This document shows, in pieces, positions 51,719 to 64,000 of a DNA stretch of 64,000 bases (the first letter of the stretch is position 1; every line of letters starts with the position of its first letter). A program made the translations under genes and the position numbers. Under the pieces are notes generated by a model. The model was not told the origin of the DNA. It made no database searches and saw nothing but the letters and a program-made list of their open reading frames with translations. This DNA comes from the human T2T-CHM13v2.0 reference genome, Homo sapiens: NCBI RefSeq assembly GCF_009914755.1, contig NC_060935.1; one strand, given 5' to 3'.

Positions 51719-54224
51719 GTGAGTGCGCGTGGGCGTGGGGATTGGGGGGTGGTTCGCGATTTTTTCCCCGGTCCTCTGCTCCGTCCCTGTCGACTCCGGA
51801 CCAGGGTCGTGACTCCCCACCCCAGCCCCTGGCTACCTGGGCATATGAGGGTCACCTCTTCCAAGTGGCGAGGTCGCCTGCCTTGGTTCTCGGGCCCGAG
51901 ATGCCTCCCACCCTTTCCACCTAGGCCCTCAGCTTCCTAGAGCATAGCCCCGTTCCCTCCGCTCCCGGCTGCTTGGCACCTTGTTTTGTGCCTGTGAGGA
52001 TTAGTGTTGACTTGGACGCGCAGGAAGCCCGAAACCAACCCGGTTGTTTGGCGGAATGATGCCAGATGGCATTTCTGTGCAGTTAAACCCCTCTCTCAAC
52101 GCCCCCGCCCCCAGCTGAGCAGCATTTTAAACTGACCATTTCCGGAGGCTGGGCCGCCCCTTGTCACTCCCCAAGCCTGTTCGCTGTCAGCGGTTCAGTC
52201 TCATTCAGCTAACATGGGTTGCTCGCGGGGTTGCCCAGAGCCAAGACTGGGCACCTGCCTTTCAGAAGTTGATATCTAGAAGGCGGTATAGCCAGTGGTT
52301 AAGGGCACCGTTTAAAGGCGGTATGGCCCGTGGTTAAGGGCACGGTTCTATTTATGCCCCTGATTTACCGGCTGATTTTGACTTCTCTTTGCCTCAATTT
52401 CCTCATCTGCCCATGCGTATCCTCAAGGTTGTGGTGAGAATTAAATGAGATGATGTCTGACTCGGGCATGGAGTGTGACTCAGTAAATGGGAGCAGCTGC
52501 TATGCGCTTTCTGCACAGAGGTGTGGTAGGCGCCCAACTTACAGCACCCTGAAAAGGACAGGAGTCATAGAGGAGGACGATGGGGCCTTCAGTCTGGTGT
52601 ATGGTGTGGAAGAAGTGTTGGAGAGGAGGAAGACTGGAGAGTGTCTTCCTCGGTGAGGTGTTGAGTGCTCTTTATCTGTGTGCAGGTGCTTACATGGGTT
52701 GAAGAAGAGATTTTTGCTGCTCTTCCAGGAGCCTGATTCTTGGTACACTGATTCCTTCTTTTTCAGGGTCACCTCTGTTTTAACTTACGGTAACCCTTTT
52801 TAAATGGTTGCGCTAAGGTCTGCTAGAAGCAAACCTCCCCGTGAAAGAAGTCCAATTGCTTTCATGGACTTTGTGAAAGAAGCTCTCATCCACGTTGCCC
52901 ATTTGAACAAATACTTTTTAAAAAGTTAGCCAGTTGTTGCTTTTCTCTGCAAACCTTTGGCTTCCTTAAACAGTTTTCTCTTTTCTGGCCTGAGGTCCTG
53001 CGCTTTGCCAGGGCTGTGGTCTGGGTGCAGAAGGGTTAGGGGAAGGTGAGGGATGACAGTGAAAAGGGCTTGCCCATGATTGGCTGGCTGCAGAGCCGAG
53101 GTTTCAGCCCAAAGCCTGTACGATCCTGCCCATTTGGCCCTGCCCCGATTATTGCTGCCCTTGGCATCTGGGAACAGGGGTTTTGAACATGTGTTGGTCA
53201 GTTCTAACCTGTGCAGATTAAGTTTATTTGGTGCCCTTTGTGTGGTGGGATGAGCACCTATAGGATGTTTATTTCTAGGTGTAGAGTTGATGGGTGGATT
53301 AATTCATTTAACAAATAGTCCTTGTTGCCAGGCACTGCTGTGCTCTGGGCATTCAATGATGAGCAAGACAGACAGGGGTTTGCCCTCAGAGAGCAATTGT
53401 TTAGTGGGCAGGGACAGGCAGTAAGCAACAGGTAAACAAGCACTCAAGTGCTCTGCAGAGAATTACAATCAATGAATGGGATCATGGCTGGGGCTACTTT
53501 AGATTGGTTTTCAGGTTTTCCTGAGGATCTGAGATCCAAGCCATGAGGAGTGAGCCATACAAAATGTGAGACAATGTTCCAGACGCAGGGCAGAGCTTGT
53601 TGAGGAACAAAGACTACTGTGTCCTTGAATCAAGCCTGAGGAAGTCCCATGAGACTGAAACCTGACCTGGTGCTACGCCCTGTGAGGGATCAAGGGGTCA
53701 GCAATTTATCCCTTCCTTACAAGACCTTCCATTGTAGGTGGGAGGCTGAGCTGTGCATGGTTTTTTTGTTTTTTTTTTTGAGACAGAGTCTCCCTCTGTC
53801 GCCTGGGCTGGAGTGCAGTGGTGTGATCTTGGCTCATTGCAGCCTCTGCCTCCTAGGTTCAAGCGATTCTCCTGCGTCAGCCTCCTGAGTAGCTGGGATT
53901 ATAGGCATGCACCACCACACACGGCTAATTTTTTTGTATCTTTAGTAGAGACTGGGTTTCACCACGTTGGCCAGGCTGGTCTTGAACTCCTGACCTCGTG
54001 ATCCGCCCACTTCGGCCTTCTAAAGTGCTGGGATTACAGGCGTGAGCCACCGTGCCCGGCCGGTTCTTGGTTTTAAAGAGGTAAGTCAGGATGGTGGATC
54101 ACTGCCATTGACTTGAGGCATGCGGTCTGTTGTTATGGCTTATGACCACCACCCATTCATTTGTTCTTTCACTCATTCACCTGTTGGGATATTTAATGAG
54201 CCCCTGTTGTGATGTAGTAGAATA

Positions 54225-54560
54225 TGGTTGTCTCTTGGAATCCTCAGGGGATTGGTTCCAGGACCTCCTTTGGATACCAAAATCCACAGATGTTCAAGTC
54301 CCTGATATAAAATGACATAGTATTTGCATATAACCTACACACATCCTCCTGTATACTTTATATCTCTATATTACTTATAACACCTAATAATGATGTAAAA
54401 GCTATGCAAGTAGTTGTTATACTGTATTATTAGGGAATAATGACAAGGGAAAAGAGTCTATACATGTTCAGTACAGATGCAGCTCTTTTTCAAATATTTT
54501 CCACTGGTGGTTGATTGCATCCATGGATGTGGAACTCACAGATATGGAGGGCTGATTGTA
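54225..54560. mobile_element. MER2-like (Tigger family) element
   Basis: GGGGATTGGTTCCAGGACCTCC...GGATACCAAAATCCACAGATG...GATATGGAGGGCTGATTGTA. Confidence 0.7.
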
Positions 54561-54626
54561 CTTCTTCCTTGCTTGAGGTTTTTGTAATGGCTATCAAGTT
54601 TTTTGTTTTGTTTTTTTTTTTTTTGA

Positions 54627-54914
<288 letters not shown>

Positions 54915-55584
54915 TAAGGAGGATACCTGAGCTGCTAGTTTTATAAGAAAGTGAGAAAAAACTGTTTTTGTGTTTTCTCTTGCTCAATGCTTGTAGGCAA
55001 GTTTTCTTAAAAGCAAGATATTGCTTACTGTTCCCTTCTTGTTCTATTTATGCTCCATTTGGAGGGCATTTCAGCTCAAGGGAGAGGGGTGTGGGAGGCC
55101 CCTTGAGGGCATATCTCTGGATCACTACTTTCTCACTCATTCCTTTGGAACACAGAATCTCTTCTGCTCACTGGCCTCTTAAAGAGGCAGTTGGGCTTGA
55201 TGTTCTTTGGCCTGATGTCTGGAGTCAGCTTGTATGTAGTGCAGGGTGGCTGTGTCTTAGCCCTTACTTAACCATGAGTAGTAAGATGAGGGCCTACTGG
55301 AGAGCGAGAGCAGGACTGTGTTTGGGCAGGGAGTGAGGGGCCCTGGGGTGGCCAGGAAGACAGATGGCAGTGCCCTGTCATCTTAAGCCCAGAAAAGGCC
55401 ATTTATAAGGAGGACTGTCAATGTCAGAATTGGTTGGGAACTGTGGACTTATGGGGACAGTCATGCTGGCGGGGGGGTGGGGACAGGGAGGTATTTGAAG
55501 AGTGTGAGTAGAAGGGCTTCTCTTTGTAGAGATGAGGCTGGGGATGAGTGTTTGGAATTCTGCAGCTCTGGGGAGTGGCTGTGA

Positions 55585-55869
<285 letters not shown>

Positions 55870-56187
55870 TGAAGACGGGCACAGTGAGAGGCTGGGAACA
55901 CCAGGGCCTGTCTGGGCTGCTTTGGTCTTGGGGACACAACAGCCCCTCGTCCCCGCCTACCTGGCAAAACAGACAGCCTGTCAGGGCTCCCTGCTGTATA
56001 CTGTGTGTGCAGTGTGCTGGGGGCCTGACCTAGTGTCATGGGAAGAGGCAGCAGGAGAGATCCAGTCCCTTGCCTATTCGCCATCGTTGCTGGCTGGGCC
56101 TCTCAGGGTATGTGGCAATGGACGTGCGCCTGGGAGCTTGCTTCCCTGCCGTGTCTCCAGGAGGAAGCCCTGAGTGCCCGCAGGTGA

Positions 56188-56451
<264 letters not shown>

Positions 56452-57115
56452 TAGGAGGGGTTGGGGGAGAGTGAGCTGAGCAGTGGGCTCTGCGGAGGCT
56501 TGGTGCCATCTGGGAGTTTGATTCTGAAGGTGTTGATTTGGAAGTAGCAGCCTGTAGGAGGGGTGGTGGGTACCACCGCGGGTACTGCGTGGGCCATGCT
56601 GAGAGGGGTTGGGATGCCACAGGGAACTATAGCTTGACCCAAGACCCTGGAGTCCAAATCTGTGGCTGTGTGTTGGGGGTGGGGGTGTTTGATCTGGGCC
56701 CTGGAGAATGGGAAAGATTTCCGTAGGTGGGATGAGAAAGAGAAGCCGTCCTTCTGTTAGGTGAGTGTGACCAGGGGTGTAGACCACGTGCCTTGTCCCA
56801 GCCGTCATATTGTCATGCTTGTTTTAGTCCCCCTCAGGAATGATTGGGGCTGCAGAGTGCTAGGGAAAGAGGCTGGGTCTTGGGGTTAGGCTTGGGTGTG
56901 AACCCCAGCTCTGCCCCTTAGCAGAGCAGTACGGCTTTGAATTGAATTTCTGCCTCTCTGAGCCTCCGTTCCTCATCCCTAAAATGGGGATAGTGGTCTC
57001 TGCCTCTCAAGGGCGTGCTCTGGATTAAGGCAGAGCGTGTGTAAGGCTTTCAGCAGGGGCTCGGTGTGGTGTAACTTCAGTCAGCCGGAGGTTTGGATGA
57101 ATATAATCTTCCTAG

Positions 57116-58219
<1,104 letters not shown>

Positions 58220-58239
58220 TGAGGGATCATCTAGCAAGG

Positions 58240-58450
58240 AGCTGTCCAGAGAGCTTTCTGCAGTGAGGTAGATGTTACACATCTGTACTGTCCTGGGATG
58301 GTGGCCGCTAGCTGGCCTCATCTGGCGATTGTGTCCTCAAAATGTGGCTAGTGTGATTGAGGAACTGAATTTTAAATTGTATTGCATTCTACTTCTTTTA
58401 GATTTAAATAGTTACATGTAGCTAGTGGCTTCCACGTTGGATGGTGCAGG
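58240..58450. mobile_element. MER3-like hAT MITE in INCENP intron 4
   Basis: CTGTCCA...CTTTCTGCAGTGA...TAGTGGCTTCCACGTTGGATGGTGCAG. Confidence 0.55.
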
Positions 58451-61400
58451 TCTGACCCAACCTACTTGCTTTACAAGTGAGGAAACTGAGCTTCGGGAAG
58501 GTCGGCCACTGTGTGGCTGTGGTTACTGGCCATGTTGAGGCTGGAGCCTGGGCCTCTTCCGCAGGGCCAGCTCATTCCTCCCAACCCTATGCTGCAGAGG
58601 CCACTTAAATTCACCGGGTTTGCGCGCCGCCTATTGGCGACACTGTGTTTGATCTAGAGGAGGGAATTATGGCAGCAGGCTCCTTCGGGGAGATCAGATG
58701 ACTGGGCATCTGATGGGAGCCAGGAGGGGGAACCAAGCTGACTCTGGAGCTGGCCGGCCTGGGTCTGAGTGCCAACTCAGCCATTCACCCACCCTGCAGC
58801 CTGGGGCAGGTCCTGGAAACTTCACGGGCCTCCACTCCTTGCCTGTCAACGGGGGCTAATCGCGTCACTTCAAAGGGTCGTTGTGAGGTTTTCTTTGGTC
58901 ACCCCACACAGGGAGTTTAGAAGGGTGCCTGGCATATAGGAAGGACTCGGTAACGTTAGCTGCTCTCTCAGATCTCAGCTTAGGGGGCCATTGCCCACTG
59001 GAGCAGGTGTCTGGAGGGGCAGGCTGGCTGCATGAGGAGGTGAATCTGAGCTGGGAGGGTTCTGAAGGATGGCTGCGCTTTTGCTGAGTGGAAAAAAAAT
59101 GCGGGGATATGTGTTATTGGCAGAGGGAACAGCTTGTACGAAGACCCTGATGCCTAAAGCAACAAGTGATGGGTGTCTGGGGCTCATGCTCACACAAGAG
59201 CTTGAACTTGACCCCACTGAAGCAAAAGAAGTGGCTTGATGATGGGAAAGTGAGGGAAACAGGGAGACCAGATAGGAGGCTGCTGTAAGGATGCAGGCAG
59301 AGGACGGGCGAAGCAGCGGATTGGTGGCGAGGATAGGCCAGGATTTATCTTTTTTTTTTTTTGATACAGAGTCTCGCTCTGTTGCCCAGGCTGGAGTGCA
59401 ATGGCACGATCTCGGCTCACTGCAACCTTTGCATGCATCTCAGGTTCAAGCAATTCTCCTGCCTCAGTCTCCCGAGTAGCAGGGATTACAAGTGCCCGCC
59501 ATCACACCAGGCTAATTTTTGTGTTTTTGTTTTTTAGTAGAGATGGGGTTTCACCATGTTGGCCAGGCTGGTTTCGAACTCCTGACCTCAAGTGATTCAC
59601 CCGCCTCAGCCTCCCAAAGTGCCGGGATTACAAGTGTGAGCTACTGCGCCCAGCCCAGGTTTTATCTCAACGCATGTTAAATAGTAGCTGGCATCTGCCT
59701 GGCACTTTAAGATTTATAAAATGAAAGGTTATTTCATTTGGTCCTTACAGCAGCATTGTTAGCTTGTGAGGAATTTTTCACTTTACAGAGGAGGAAACTG
59801 AGGCTTAAGGAGGCCATGGAGTCTGTAAATCGGGAAGCTGGGGCTTGAGCGCTGTGTGTTTCATTCTGTCCAGAAAGTCAGGTGCTTGCAGAAGAGGCTT
59901 TGTGCAAGGCCGCAGGGCAGGGCCTGTCAGGCAGGGGAGGGCACCTCACCTTGGCAGCTTTCTCTCTGCCTGAGTCACACTGCCTGGGGACGGGCCTGCT
60001 CCAGGGTTTGGGGTGACATACTCTGGGGCGTGTGCAGATGTGCAGTCTGCCACACTGTCTATTTCTGGATTCTCAGAAGGATCTAAATGGTTCTGATCTG
60101 TTTTGGAGATTTTCTCAGGCCTGGATCTGATCTTGGGAAGGGGCTTCAAGCGGGGGCAGGTGAGCCTGGGCCTGTAGAGGGAGGGCCAGGCAGGGTTGCA
60201 GAGAATCTCTGGAGACCTTTGGAGCAGACATCCAGATCTGCAGCTCTCATGCCCTTCCATCACTCTTCCCTCTCTGTCTACCCTTTCCCTGCCCATGAAT
60301 GGGCTTCTGATTTGACTGGTGCATGTTACCTGGGTCTGTCTGACTCCCAGCCCAGCATCATCTCTCCTCTTGAGGGGGTGGAGGAGAGAGAGGAGGATAC
60401 AGGATCTAGGATCTGGAGTCACACAGACCCTGGGTGACCTTGGGCACACCCCTTCTCTCAACCTCAGCTTTTCTGTGAAATGGTGATAACACTTGCTTTG
60501 AATGTGAATAGATAACTCATCTTAGTGCTTGAGTGTAGTGGATACTCAGTACATCTTATTTGAGAAAACTCACCAATGGCTGATGCTCAGTTTGGGTGCG
60601 ACAAGGCCGACCCCTAGTGAGGAGCTGCAAGGGTGTCAGGGAGTGGGGCGGTGACAGGGGAGGAGGCTTCCTGAGGGTCTTCCTGATACCAGGCTCTGGG
60701 AGAGGCTCTCGGGCAGCTCCAAGGTGGGGTCTTGGTTTGGGTGTTCCCCACGAGCAGCCCTTGACACAAGGATTTGAGTTCAATTTGTTAATTTTTGGGA
60801 AATTAACAAATTTAATTTCCCAAAAATTAAATTCAGGATGGGAAGGAAACACCTGCACCAGAGGAATGGAAAAATGAGATAGGAAAAAAAGCCAGCAGTC
60901 AGCGTGGGTGGAGGGGGCTTCTGGAAGCCAGAGTGTGGCCCCGGGGCGTGGAACTGCTGTGTGTCAGCAGGAATCCCCTGCCTCCTGGCCTGGTGCGCAC
61001 CTGCCTGCGGGGCCCATCGGGCAGCAGTTCTGAAGTGGATAGGAAGGGACAGGCCCACTGCCTCAGGACTCCACCTTGGGGTGTTCGAGCCACCTCTGCA
61101 TTGGAGAAGAGTCCTTCCATCCCTCTGCCAGTGCTTAGGCCACTTCCCTACCACCAGACCAGCTCTGAGGCCTGAATGGCGTGCAGATGGCACTTAGCAT
61201 TCCAGAGAATGCTTGTGCTGGTGGGAGAGCCATGTAGTCACATGGGCGTCTTCATCAGGGAGCACGTGAGCTGGGATGACACAGCATGGGGAGATGAGGA
61301 GGATGTATCTTCTGGGTATAAACCCCTTAAATGGGGGTCATCACCACCCATGACTGTCAGCCCGGCGCTGCAGCTGCTCCCACCACCTCCCCAAACCTGG

Positions 61401-61757
61401 CTGCTATACCCAGGAAGGGTCCTGGCTTCCCTTCTCTGTGCCTGGCCTGTTGTCTTCCCTCTTTTCCTGAGACCCTGTGCACCCCAACCTCCCGCTGGCC
61501 ACCTCCCAGCCTGAACTCTGACCAAGCCCCCATGGCTCAGGATGCGCCAGCTCAGCTACCTTCTCTCTGTTCCCCAAAAAAGCCTCTTTTTTTCCTGCCT
61601 CATGGCCTTGGCCCTCCTTCTCCCTAGACCAGTGGCACTGGGAACAGGCATGCTCCCAGCTAGGAAGAAGCCGGGGACATAAAGCTAGCAGCTGTGGTGA
61701 GGATACCAGGGTGAGTGCTGAGGGTGAGGGACCTGGGCTTCCTGTTTTTAATGATTA

Positions 61758-61967
<210 letters not shown>

Positions 61968-61989
61968 TTAAAAAAAAAAAAAACAAAGC

Positions 61990-63965
<1,976 letters not shown>

Positions 63966-64000
63966 TTTGCAGGCGCAGTGGCTCACGCCTGTAATCCCAG

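Noticed and set aside
51443-51940. 165-aa ORF over the promoter and exon 1
   Set aside because: CpG-island artefact that starts upstream of the likely TSS and reads through splice donors.
52280-52460. Possible tRNA gene (TAGCCAGTGGTTAAGG A-box-like)
   Set aside because: No cloverleaf or intact B-box/T-arm. It continues as MIR core (GCCTCAATTTCCTCATCTG).

Overview
This is primate (human-like) genomic DNA, very rich in Alu and LTR repeats. The only protein-coding gene I can support is the 5' part of INCENP on the + strand (11q12.3 in human, from established knowledge): a CpG-island promoter at ~51.3-51.6 kb, a non-coding exon 1, and coding exons 2-4 at 55729-58157. The window ends in intron 4. 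The upstream 51 kb is interspersed repeats: dozens of Alus, ERV1 LTRs and internal/integrase remnants, MaLR LTRs, L1 fragments and hAT/Tigger DNA transposons. Nearly all ORFs in the supplied track are Alu or microsatellite artefacts. The most unusual structure is a ~10 kb palindrome (20669-30636) with ~4.9 kb arms and a ~206 bp spacer. Its inner arms are almost identical and its outer arms are more diverged. A templated-patch rearrangement lies at the identity step. Junction evidence suggests the spacer is flipped relative to the ancestral arrangement, consistent with arm-to-arm gene conversion and recurrent inversion. Smaller template-switch scars and two TSD-flanked orphan retro-insertions are also visible, one just upstream of the INCENP promoter. 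I see no prokaryote-type systems, RNA genes or CRISPR arrays. Repeat family names are from recognition by eye and need RepeatMasker/Dfam confirmation.
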